Position numbers and translations under genes: made by a program. Below the pieces are notes generated by a model. The model was not told where the DNA came from and did not search any database. It saw only the letters and a list, made by a program, of their open reading frames with translations. Shown in pieces: positions 54,931 through 63,454 of a DNA stretch of 64,000 nucleotides (position 1 is its first letter; each line of letters begins with the position of its first letter). The stretch is from an uncultured Thermoleophilia bacterium (GTDB taxonomy: Bacteria; Actinomycetota; Thermoleophilia; UBA2241), in NCBI GenBank assembly GCA_963765635.1, contig CAVXXF010000004.1:379610-443609 (forward strand). The letters run 5' to 3'.

Positions 54931-56295
54931 ATGAGCGAGTACAAGAAGAAGTTCGTCCTTGACGAGGAGAGGATCCCCAAGGCCTGGTACAACATCGTGC
55001 CCGACCTCCCCACCCCCCCGGCGCCGCCCCTGCACCCCGGCACCCTGCAGCCGGCCGGCCCCGACGACCTGGCGCCGATATTCCCGCCCAGCATCATCGC
55101 CCAGGAGGTCTCGGGCGAGCGCTACATCGAGATCCCCGAGGAGATCCACCAGATCTACCGCATGTGGAGGCCCTCGCCGCTGATCCGCGCCACCGGCCTC
55201 GAGAAGGCGCTGGACACGCCGGCGAAGATCTTCTTCAAATACGAGGGCGTCAGCCCGGCCGGCTCGCACAAGAGCAACACTGCCGTGGCGCAGGCCTACT
55301 ACAACAAGCTCGACGGCACCACGCGCCTCGCCACCGAGACCGGCGCCGGCCAGTGGGGCAGCGCGCTCAGCATGGCCTGCCAGATGTTCGGCCTCGAGTG
55401 CATGGTCTACATGGTCAAGGTGAGCTACCAGCAGAAACCCTATCGGCGCAGCATGATGCAGCTCTGGGGCGCCGACGTCATCCCCAGCCCCAGCGACAAG
55501 ACCAACGCCGGGCGCGCCGTGCTCGCCGAAGACCCGGATTCGCTGGGCAGCCTCGGCATCGCCATCAGCGAGGCCGTGGAAGACGCCGTCACGCACCCCG
55601 GGTCGAAGTACGCTCTGGGCAGCGTGACCAACCACGTGATCCTGCATCAGACCATCATCGGCGAGGAGGCGATCCTGCAGTGCCAGGACGCTGACGCCTA
55701 CCCCGACGTCGTCGTCGGCTGCGTCGGCGGCGGCTCGAGCTTCGGCGGCATCGCCTTCCCCTTCCTCCGCGAGAACCTGGCCGGCAAGACCAACACCCGA
55801 CTGCTCGCCGTCGAGCCCACCGCGTGTCCCACCCTGACCAAGGGCAAGTTCGTCTACGACTTCGGCGACGAGGCCCAGACGACGCCCTTGTTCAAGATGT
55901 ACTCGCTGGGCCACGACTACATGCCGCCGGGCATCCACGCCGGCGGCCTGCGCTACCACGCCATGGCCCCGCTCATCAGCCATGCGTACGACCTCGGGCT
56001 GATGGACGCCGTGGCGGTGCGGCAGACCAAGGTCTTCGAGGCGGCACGCCTGTTCGTGCAGACCGAGGGCATCGTGCCGGCCCCCGAGAGCGCCCACGCT
56101 ATCCTCGTCGCCGTCGACCAGGCGCTCGAGGCCAAGGAGGCCGGCGAGAGCCGCAACATCCTGTTCAACCTCACCGGCCACGGCTTCCTCGACCTGGGCG
56201 CCTACGACGCCTACCTCAGCGGTAAGCTCGAGGACTACGACCACCCCGAGGAGGCGATCGCCGCGTCGATCGCGAGGCTTCCGAAGGTCGACTGA
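54931..56295 (+). CDS. trpB2: TrpB-like PLP-dependent enzyme (tryptophan synthase beta chain 2, TrpB2 type)
   Basis: GAGGAGG RBS. FVLDEERIPKAWYNIVPDLP...MWRPSPLIRATGLEKALDTPAKIFFKYEGVSPAGSHKSNTAVAQAYYN is characteristic of the TrpB2 clade. Confidence 0.9.
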   Translation: MSEYKKKFVLDEERIPKAWYNIVPDLPTPPAPPLHPGTLQPAGPDDLAPIFPPSIIAQEVSGERYIEIPEEIHQIYRMWRPSPLIRATGLEKALDTPAKIFFKYEGVSPAGSHKSNTAVAQAYYNKLDGTTRLATETGAGQWGSALSMACQMFGLECMVYMVKVSYQQKPYRRSMMQLWGADVIPSPSDKTNAGRAVLAEDPDSLGSLGIAISEAVEDAVTHPGSKYALGSVTNHVILHQTIIGEEAILQCQDADAYPDVVVGCVGGGSSFGGIAFPFLRENLAGKTNTRLLAVEPTACPTLTKGKFVYDFGDEAQTTPLFKMYSLGHDYMPPGIHAGGLRYHAMAPLISHAYDLGLMDAVAVRQTKVFEAARLFVQTEGIVPAPESAHAILVAVDQALEAKEAGESRNILFNLTGHGFLDLGAYDAYLSGKLEDYDHPEEAIAASIARLPKVD

Positions 56296-56319
56296 CCAGC
56301 TGAGGCTCGGCAAGACGAC

Positions 56320-56353
56320 GAAGGGCGGCGGGGCTTGCGTCCCGCCGCCCTTC
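56320..56353. terminator. Strong bidirectional hairpin between the convergent trpB2 and HAD genes
   Basis: GAAGGGCGGCGGG (56320..56332) and CCCGCCGCCCTTC (56341..56353) form a perfect 13-bp stem with an 8-nt loop. Confidence 0.7.
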
Positions 56354-56407
56354 TCGCGTCCATCGTAACGCGGCCTGTGTCGCCGCTGACGGCCGAGCCG
56401 GCGCCCG

Positions 56408-57178
56408 TCAGCCCAACGAAGCGGCCGCGCGGCGCAACGCGGCGGCGAGGTCGCCTTGGCCGACGACCAGCTGCGCCGCGGCGCGCAGCGAGGCCGGTGC
56501 AGCGCCGACCGCGATGCCGATTGCGGCCGCCCCCAGCAGGCTCTCGTCGGCGGCGGAGTCGCCACAGGCGACGACCCGCGCGAGAGGGACGGCGAAGCGC
56601 GCGGCCACCAGCTTCAGCCCTTCGCCCTTGTCTGCGGAAACGGGCAGGACGGCGACGGTCCCTCCGCCCGCGGGCTCCACGCGAGCGGTGAGTCGCCAGG
56701 AAGCGGCCAGTGCGGGGAACGCGGCCGTGACATCACCCGCGTCGCCGGCGAGCACGACGCGGGTGATGTCCGCGAAAACAGCAGGATCGCGCGACCCGGC
56801 AGAGACCGCCGAATCGAGTTCACGGCGCTCGTCGCCGTAGTACAGCGTCACCGACAGGCCGAGCTTACAGGCCTCGCGAACGACTCCGCCCACGGTCTGC
56901 GCGGGAATCGTCACGTGCCGCAACCACTCCCCCGTCGTAGCGTCGACGACCAGCGCCCCGTGATAGCACACGTAAGCCACAGGCTCGGCGCGGAGGAGCG
57001 CGACGACCTTCGCAGCGCTGTGAAGGGGGCGGCCGGTGCACACGACCAGCCTTGCGCGGCGCGCCTCGAGAGTCGCGAGCGCCGTGACGATGCCGGGCGC
57101 CGGAGACCCATCCGCAGCCAGGAGCGTGCCGTCCAGGTCACAGGCCAGAAGCACCTTGATCGGCGGCCGAGCGGTCAC
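56408..57178 (-). CDS. HAD-superfamily hydrolase (Cof-type, subfamily IIB)
   Basis: LLACDLDGTLL (DxD motif), CTGRP and ACGDSAADESLL. GTGA overlap with the upstream gene. Confidence 0.8.
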   Translation of the reverse strand: MTARPPIKVLLACDLDGTLLAADGSPAPGIVTALATLEARRARLVVCTGRPLHSAAKVVALLRAEPVAYVCYHGALVVDATTGEWLRHVTIPAQTVGGVVREACKLGLSVTLYYGDERRELDSAVSAGSRDPAVFADITRVVLAGDAGDVTAAFPALAASWRLTARVEPAGGGTVAVLPVSADKGEGLKLVAARFAVPLARVVACGDSAADESLLGAAAIGIAVGAAPASLRAAAQLVVGQGDLAAALRRAAASLG

Positions 57179-58332
57179 GATGCCGAGTCGGGCATGTCCG
57201 CGCCCTCGGCCGAGACGCCGCCGACGAGGATGGCAGGCAGCGGCCGGCCCACCAGCGACTCGATCCCGGCGGCGATGTCCCGCGCCGCCTCGAGGCGCTC
57301 AAGCGCCGCCTTCAGCGCCTCCGGATCGCCCGCGAACAGGGCTTCGGCGCGATCGCGTTTGGCTTCGAGGTCCACGGCCCGGCTGCCCACCGTCAGCTTG
57401 TCGGCAAGATACAGCACCTCGCGCTCGCCGGGCAGCTCGGGAGGCGGCCCCGGGAGCTTCATGTGATGGCGCACCACGGCAGCGACGCGCGGATAGCCCT
57501 CGTCGTCAAGCAGGGTGGCGCCCGCAGCGGCGTGCGCGGGTGCCGCGCGCGCGACGTCATGCAACAGGGCCGCCGCCTCGAGCAGCGTCACGTCGATGCA
57601 GACGCCCAATTCCTTCAGCGCCGCCCCGAGACGGCGCGCGGCGAGCGCCACTGCTTCGCAGTGCGCCACCACCGGCGCCGGCGTCCCCAGACGCGCGAGG
57701 AGCTCACGGCACGCCGCCGGGGCCGGGACGCGCTCGCGGACGGCCAGCGCCGCAAGGCGCTCGTAGTCCGCCGCGTCGTCCATGTCGAGAAGTATGTTGG
57801 GATCGTCGACCTCCACGTCCCGGGCGGCGGTCGCCTCGCGCGAGAGCAGCTCGTTGAGACCACCGTCTGGGTTCTGCGTGAGGATCGCGGCACGCAGCGA
57901 AGCGGGCACCAGCGGCGGATGTCCTCGCTCGCCGTCATGGACGGGATAGGCGACGCCGGTCGGCGTCTCGCTCGAACTCCGCGCCAGGAGCCCCAGCGTC
58001 TCGCCGCGGACGAGGGCACAGTCAACGGGATGCACGAAGAAGGCACGGACGTCCGCGGGCAGCGCGCGCACGCCACGACGGACCGACGAGTACATGCCGT
58101 CCTCGAAGTCGTGGTTGATCACGTAGGGCACGCCTTGCCGGTCGAGGAGAGGCGCCACGCGCTCGGCGCCGAAGCCGAGCACGATGACGGCCTCGAGCCC
58201 CACATCGCTGTAGGCGGCCGCGACCCGGAGGACCGCGGGCACACCGTCCAGCGGGAGCAGCGGCTTGAGCTCCCGCATGCGTGACGACAGCCCCGCCGCC
58301 AGGATGACCCCGGCAAGGGCGGCGGCGCTCAC
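57175..58332 (-). CDS. MobA/MocA-like nucleotidyltransferase fused to an HD domain
   Basis: N-terminus: GVILAAGLSSRMRELKPLLPLDG (NTP_transf_3). C-terminal half: AALLHDVAR...VVRHHM (HD). Confidence 0.75.
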   Translation of the reverse strand: MSAAALAGVILAAGLSSRMRELKPLLPLDGVPAVLRVAAAYSDVGLEAVIVLGFGAERVAPLLDRQGVPYVINHDFEDGMYSSVRRGVRALPADVRAFFVHPVDCALVRGETLGLLARSSSETPTGVAYPVHDGERGHPPLVPASLRAAILTQNPDGGLNELLSREATAARDVEVDDPNILLDMDDAADYERLAALAVRERVPAPAACRELLARLGTPAPVVAHCEAVALAARRLGAALKELGVCIDVTLLEAAALLHDVARAAPAHAAAGATLLDDEGYPRVAAVVRHHMKLPGPPPELPGEREVLYLADKLTVGSRAVDLEAKRDRAEALFAGDPEALKAALERLEAARDIAAGIESLVGRPLPAILVGGVSAEGADMPDSAS

Positions 58333-59372
58333 CCCACCATCGCCGCCCGCACGCGGATGAGTTCGGCGGCGATGCTGATCGCCAGCTCCGCCGGGCTCTC
58401 GGCCGCGATGGCGATGCCGATCGGCGAGAAGACCCGCTCGAGGTCTTCGGTAGAGAACCCATCCGCCCTCAAGGCCTGGAAGATCTTCTCGCGTTTGGAC
58501 TTGCTGCCCATGAGGCCGATGTACCCCGCCGGCGTGCGCAGCGCCTGCCCAAGCACCGAGTAATCGTGGCCGTGCCCGCGGGTGACGATGACGATGAAGC
58601 TGCGCGGCGTGATGTCGAGACCCGTGAAGGCTTCGTCGAAACTCTCGAGCCGCGCCACGCGCAGCGCCGCGGGGAAGCGCTCGGCGACGGCGAACTCGGG
58701 GCGGTCGTCAAGTACCACGACATCGAACCCGACGGCGGCGGCCACCGGCGCCAAGGCTTGGGCCACGTGCCCGGCGCCGCAGAGCACGGCCGTCGTCGGC
58801 GGCAGCAGCGTTTCTAGAGACACCGACCTGCCGTCCGGCAGCTCGGCCGACCCGTGCGCGGCGATCTTGGCGGCCAGCGCGTGCAGCTCCGCCGGCGCGC
58901 ACGGCAGCTCGCCGCGAGGATCGCCGCCGTCCTGCAGCAGGCAGTAGCCGACCTCCGTGGGGCCGGCCTCGGCGGCGAAGAACGTGTAGAGCCACGCCGA
59001 GCGCCCGTCCGCTCGCGCCCGCGAGAGGGCGCCCAGAAGATCCCGCAGACCGCTGTCGCCGCCCGGCACGAAGGCGACCAGCAAGGCGGCGTGCCCCCCG
59101 CAGATCATGGTCGGCCCCGAGACCGACTCGCCGGTGAAAGCTACCGCGCTCAGGTGCGAGCGGCCGGCGGCGATCGCCTCTGCCGCCTCCGCCATCATCG
59201 TCGCCTCCAGCAGGCCGCCCCCAATGGTCCCGGCGATGGAGCCGTCCCGCCGTACAAGCATCTGTGCTCCGGCAGTCCTCGGGGTGGAGCCCTGCTGTGA
59301 CACAAGCGTGACCAGGGCGAACGGCTCGGCGTTCTCAAGAAGGTCCAGCACCTCGCGAAGGATCTCACGCAT
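58329..59372 (-). CDS. XdhC/CoxI family molybdoenzyme maturation protein
   Basis: FALVTLVSQQGSTPRTAGAQMLVRRDGSIAGTIGGG (XdhC_CoxI) followed by the Rossmann-like segment LCGAGHVAQALAPVAAAVGFDVVVLDDRPEF. Confidence 0.85.
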   Translation of the reverse strand: MREILREVLDLLENAEPFALVTLVSQQGSTPRTAGAQMLVRRDGSIAGTIGGGLLEATMMAEAAEAIAAGRSHLSAVAFTGESVSGPTMICGGHAALLVAFVPGGDSGLRDLLGALSRARADGRSAWLYTFFAAEAGPTEVGYCLLQDGGDPRGELPCAPAELHALAAKIAAHGSAELPDGRSVSLETLLPPTTAVLCGAGHVAQALAPVAAAVGFDVVVLDDRPEFAVAERFPAALRVARLESFDEAFTGLDITPRSFIVIVTRGHGHDYSVLGQALRTPAGYIGLMGSKSKREKIFQALRADGFSTEDLERVFSPIGIAIAAESPAELAISIAAELIRVRAAMVG

Positions 59373-59375
59373 GGC

Positions 59376-60788
59376 TCAGCCGGCCGCCGGCAGCCGCACG
59401 GTGAACACGGCTCCGCCCTCGGGGCTGTCCACGGCCTCGACGACGCCGCCCTGAGCTTCGACGAGACCGCGAACGATGGCGAGGCCTAAGCCGACGCCTT
59501 GAGTGCCTCGCGCCGCCTGCGAGCGATAGAAGCGGTCGAAGATGAACGGCAGGTCCACGGGGTCGATGCCGGGCCCGCTGTCGGTGACCGTGAGGGTCGC
59601 CCAGTGGTCGCTGGGAGCGGCCGCGACGGTCAGCATCACGCGGCCGCCCTGCGGCGTGAACTTGAGAGCGTTATCGAGCAGGTTGGCGGCGACCTGCAGC
59701 AGGCGGTCGCGGTCGCCCTTGACAGATACCGAAGCCAGGTCGCCGAGGAGCGTCACGCCCTTCGCGGCGTACGCGGTCTCGGCGTGGGCGACGGCGTCGC
59801 GGCCCACGTCCGCCAGGTCCAGCTTCTCGTGCTCGACGCTCACGTCCTCGCTCTCCAGTTCATTGAGGCTGCGGAGCGCGCCGAGCAGGCGCCCCAGGCG
59901 CTCGACCTCGGCGCCGATCACGCGCAGGTTCTCCGGCGTAGCCGGCAGCACGCCGTCTTCGAGGGCCTCGATGCGTGACTGGATGGTGGCCAGCGGCGTG
60001 CGCAGCTCATGCGACAGGTCGGCCGTCATGTCGCGGCGCCATTGCTCGTCGCGGGCCAGGCGGTCGGCCATGGCGTTGAAGGCGGTGGCCAGCGCGCCCA
60101 CCTCATCGTCCGCCCGCGGCGATACGCGCACCGCGAGATTGCCTCCGGCGACGTCCTCGGCCGCGTCGGTGAGTTCCTCGAGCGGCCCCGTGATCCTGCG
60201 GCTGACGAACAGGCTGATCAGGAAGGCCAGCACGGCGGCCACGAGCGCCGCGACCACGAGGTTGCGGGTGAGCGCGGTCTGATACGCCGACTCGGCGGCG
60301 GCCCGCGCATTGCGTGGCGCGTAGATCTCGGCGGTGCCCACCTTTCCGCCGTCGACCATGACCGAGTAGCTCTGCACCTCGAATTGGTCGCGGCTCAGCG
60401 ATGTAGCCTGCGGGGCGGGCGTGGCGCCGGCAGCGCCTCCCCCGCCCATCATCCCATTGCCGCCGCCCATCATGCCCCTGCCCATGTGGCGGCCCTGCAC
60501 GGTGAAGAGGAGCTGCCCCTCGGGCGAGTACACGGCGACATCGACGTTGTTGAGGCGGGCGATCTGGCTGAGCGCGTAGATCGACGCGGCGTCCCAGCCG
60601 TCGGGAGCCTTGTACGTCTGGGTGAGGGCGTTCACCACCGCCTCGTTGCGGGAGCGTTGGACCTCGCTCAGATACGTGTCGAAGCGGCGCCCGCCCGCCA
60701 CGAACACGATCACGGCCACCACGGCGATGGCCAGCAGCGCGACGAGCGCGTGCGTGAGCGCCAGGCGCAGTCGCAGACCGCGCTTCAC
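59376..60788 (-). CDS. Sensor histidine kinase (2 TM, HAMP, HisKA, HATPase_c)
   Basis: H-box ADLSHELRTPLATI, N-box NLLDNALKFTP, and G-boxes TDSGPGI / GVGLGLAIV. Confidence 0.9.
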   Translation of the reverse strand: MKRGLRLRLALTHALVALLAIAVVAVIVFVAGGRRFDTYLSEVQRSRNEAVVNALTQTYKAPDGWDAASIYALSQIARLNNVDVAVYSPEGQLLFTVQGRHMGRGMMGGGNGMMGGGGAAGATPAPQATSLSRDQFEVQSYSVMVDGGKVGTAEIYAPRNARAAAESAYQTALTRNLVVAALVAAVLAFLISLFVSRRITGPLEELTDAAEDVAGGNLAVRVSPRADDEVGALATAFNAMADRLARDEQWRRDMTADLSHELRTPLATIQSRIEALEDGVLPATPENLRVIGAEVERLGRLLGALRSLNELESEDVSVEHEKLDLADVGRDAVAHAETAYAAKGVTLLGDLASVSVKGDRDRLLQVAANLLDNALKFTPQGGRVMLTVAAAPSDHWATLTVTDSGPGIDPVDLPFIFDRFYRSQAARGTQGVGLGLAIVRGLVEAQGGVVEAVDSPEGGAVFTVRLPAAG

Positions 60789-61489
60789 TTCTGTTCCTCG
60801 GCGAACGCGTAGCCGCGCCCGTAGACGGTGAGGACCAGGCGCGGAGCGCGCGCGTCCTCGCCAAGCTTGCGCCGCAGGTTCTTGACGTGCGCATCGATGG
60901 TGCGTTCGTACCCCTCGTACTGGTAGCCCTGCACCTTGTCGACGAGCTCGAAGCGCGTGTACACGCGTCCCGGGAAGCGGGCCAGGGTCTGCAACAGGCG
61001 GAACTCCGATTCGGTGAGGTCGACGACTGCGCCGTCAAGAATGGCGCGCCGGCGGGCGCTGTCCACGACGAGCCGGCCGCCGGCGCGCTCGAGAACGTCG
61101 GCCTGAGGCTCTTCGTCACTGCGCGCCCGGCGCAGAAGAGCGCGCACGCGCGCCGTGAGCTCGCGCGGGCTGAACGGCTTGGTGAGGTAATCGTCGGCGC
61201 CAAGCTGCAGGCCCCTCACCAGGTCCTCCTCGCCGTCCTTGGCGGTGAGCATGATGATGGGCACATCGGAAACGGCGCGGATGCGACGGCACACGTCCTC
61301 GCCGGCAATGCCGGGAAGCCCGAGGTCGAGCACCACCAGATCAGGGCGGCGACGGTCGAAGTCGGCAAGAGCGTCCTCGCCCGTCGCCGCCCTTACCACC
61401 ATATGCCCCTCGCGCTCCAGGTAGCCCTGCACCACCTCGGCGATGCGCGCCTCGTCCTCGACCACGAGGATACGGGTGGGAGTACTCAT
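60785..61489 (-). CDS. OmpR/PhoB-family response regulator
   Basis: ILVVEDE...DLVVLDLGLPG...TAKD...KPF, followed by the winged-helix segment LTESEFRLLQTLARFPGRVYTRFELV...RTIDAHVKNLRRKL. Confidence 0.9.
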   Translation of the reverse strand: MSTPTRILVVEDEARIAEVVQGYLEREGHMVVRAATGEDALADFDRRRPDLVVLDLGLPGIAGEDVCRRIRAVSDVPIIMLTAKDGEEDLVRGLQLGADDYLTKPFSPRELTARVRALLRRARSDEEPQADVLERAGGRLVVDSARRRAILDGAVVDLTESEFRLLQTLARFPGRVYTRFELVDKVQGYQYEGYERTIDAHVKNLRRKLGEDARAPRLVLTVYGRGYAFAEEQK

Positions 61490-61517
61490 GGGCCCATCTT
61501 ACCCGCTGTCTGATAGG

Positions 61518-63371
61518 ATGCCCGCACGCCCAAGGAGGTCCACCCTGCCCAACCTCAAGGTGTATCGAGCCGCCTTGGTCGTGGCGCTCATCCTCGTCGT
61601 GATCTCCCTCTTCACGTTGGGCAGACCAGACACACCCAAGCTCAGCCTCGAGCCGGTCTCGTTTGACGGCGAGCAGGCGGCCGCCGACCTCCGCACCATC
61701 GTCACCGACTACCCCCAGCGTGTCGCCGGCACCGACCCCGACAATCGCATGGCCCTCTGGGTCCTCCAGGAATTCAAGCGGGCCGGCCTTGAGACGCACA
61801 TCGACAGCTTCGCGGCGACGATCAACGGCAAAGACGTGGCCCTCCAGAACATCTGGGCGCTCTCCAGAGGCGACTCCGCAGGTACGATCCTGGTGATCGC
61901 CAACCGCGACGTCCCCCCTATGGCCACGCAGGGGGCCAATGACAACGCTTCCGGAGTCGCCGCGTTGCTCGGGCTGGCGCGGTCGTTCACGGTGACCGCG
62001 CACGACCACTCCATCGTCTTCCTCTGCACGAGCGGGGATGCCTACGGGGCTCTGGGCGCGAGGCGCTTCGCTGAGGATCACGAGATCGACGACCTGTACG
62101 GTGTGATCGCCCTTCGCGAGGTGGCGACGCGCGACCCCGTGGGCCTCGGCCTCGACGGCTGGAGCCCCGCCCCCATGGTGGCCCCACCCTGGCTCTGGCT
62201 GCTTGCTGCCCCCGCGGCCCGCGTGAATGCCAACATGGAGGCTCTCCTGCCCACCGTGCCGGCCCAGGTACTGCGTCTGGCGGTGCCCACCAGTTCCGGC
62301 AGTCAGGGGCCGTTCGTGGCACGCGGCGTCCCCGGCATCACCGTCTCGGCCGCGGGCGATTCGGTGTCCCCGCAGAGCGACACGCTCGCCAACGTCTCCA
62401 CAGAGACGCTCACCAAAGTCGGCAGCACCGTGCAGGCGATGATCATGGCGATCGACGACACCACGAGCCCAGGGGCTCGCAGCGGCGGCACGATCTTCCT
62501 CACGCGCAGCCGCACGCTCCCCGGCGGCGCTCTCGCGCTGATCCTGGCAGCGTTTCTCCTGCCGCTGGCGGGTGTGACCGTCGACCTCTTCGCGCATTGT
62601 CGGCGGGCGCGCGTCGCGCTTCGCCCCGCCGTGGTGCGCGCGGGGCTCCACCTGACGCCGTGGCTCGTGGTGCTCGCCCTCGTCTACCTCGCCAATCTGC
62701 TGGGTCAGCTTCCCCGCAGCCCGGGCGCGGTCATCCCGCCAGGGTCTCGCGTCGTCGACAACCCTCGCTACCTTCGCGTGGTGATCCTCGTCGCCTTGCT
62801 CGTCCTGGCCTACGGCTACGCGGTGGCGGTCGCGCGACGCCTCGAGCGGCGCATCGCCATCGATCCGCGAGCGACGATCTTCATCGCCCATGCGTTTCTC
62901 GTGCTGGTCGCCGTTCTGGCGCTGCTCATCAACCCATACGCGGTGCTGCTCGTGCTGCCCGCCGCCCTTATCTGGCCCCTGGCGAAGCCCGGCGGCTGGG
63001 CGCGTTCCGTCCTGCCGGCCTATTCGGGGCTGATCATGGTCCCGGTCGTGCTGCTGTACTACGCAGCGTTACTGGGGATCGGATGGAGGGTCTGGTGGTA
63101 CTTCTTCCTGCTGCTCGAGAACCGCACGATCCCCACGGCGGCGGTGCTACTCGGCGTGCTCTTCCTCTCTACCGCGGGCATCCTCGCGCACACCATGCAC
63201 GAACGGGGCCTGGCCCCGGGCGCACTCACCTGGCCGGCCATCGACCGGCGAAGCGGGAATCGCATGAGCGACGAGGAGTGGACGGCCGGTCTTGGGCTGG
63301 AGTCGCCGCGCGAGCGCCGCAAGACCCGCCCTCAGCGCCGGCGGCGACCGCGGCGACCTGACCCACGGTGA
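61518..63371 (+). CDS. Membrane-bound M28 family metallopeptidase with polytopic C-terminal domain; start uncertain
   Basis: N-terminal TM, then NIWALSRGDSAGTILVIANRD...GANDNASGVAALLGLARSF (M28 zinc ligand context), then about 7 TM helices. An AAGGAGG at 61532..61538 suggests a possible later non-ATG start. Confidence 0.7.
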   Translation: MPARPRRSTLPNLKVYRAALVVALILVVISLFTLGRPDTPKLSLEPVSFDGEQAAADLRTIVTDYPQRVAGTDPDNRMALWVLQEFKRAGLETHIDSFAATINGKDVALQNIWALSRGDSAGTILVIANRDVPPMATQGANDNASGVAALLGLARSFTVTAHDHSIVFLCTSGDAYGALGARRFAEDHEIDDLYGVIALREVATRDPVGLGLDGWSPAPMVAPPWLWLLAAPAARVNANMEALLPTVPAQVLRLAVPTSSGSQGPFVARGVPGITVSAAGDSVSPQSDTLANVSTETLTKVGSTVQAMIMAIDDTTSPGARSGGTIFLTRSRTLPGGALALILAAFLLPLAGVTVDLFAHCRRARVALRPAVVRAGLHLTPWLVVLALVYLANLLGQLPRSPGAVIPPGSRVVDNPRYLRVVILVALLVLAYGYAVAVARRLERRIAIDPRATIFIAHAFLVLVAVLALLINPYAVLLVLPAALIWPLAKPGGWARSVLPAYSGLIMVPVVLLYYAALLGIGWRVWWYFFLLLENRTIPTAAVLLGVLFLSTAGILAHTMHERGLAPGALTWPAIDRRSGNRMSDEEWTAGLGLESPRERRKTRPQRRRRPRRPDPR

Positions 63372-63387
63372 TCCGCACACAAGAGAG

Positions 63388-63425
63388 AGAGGGGGGTGGG
63401 CGCCTGCGGCGCCCACCCCCCCTCT
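63388..63425. terminator. Strong bidirectional hairpin between the convergent M28 peptidase and repeat-protein genes
   Basis: GGGGGGTGGGCGCC (63391..63404) and GGCGCCCACCCCCC (63408..63421) form a 14-bp stem, extendable by AGA/TCT with one bulged C. Confidence 0.65.
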
Positions 63426-63454
63426 GGAGGCACTGATCTGTGCGACTCCGCGCC

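Noticed and set aside
54874-56565. 563-aa minus-strand ORF
   Set aside because: Antisense shadow of trpB2, with no motifs.
61341-62891. 516-aa minus-strand ORF
   Set aside because: Antisense shadow of the M28 peptidase gene; it also overlaps the response regulator start.
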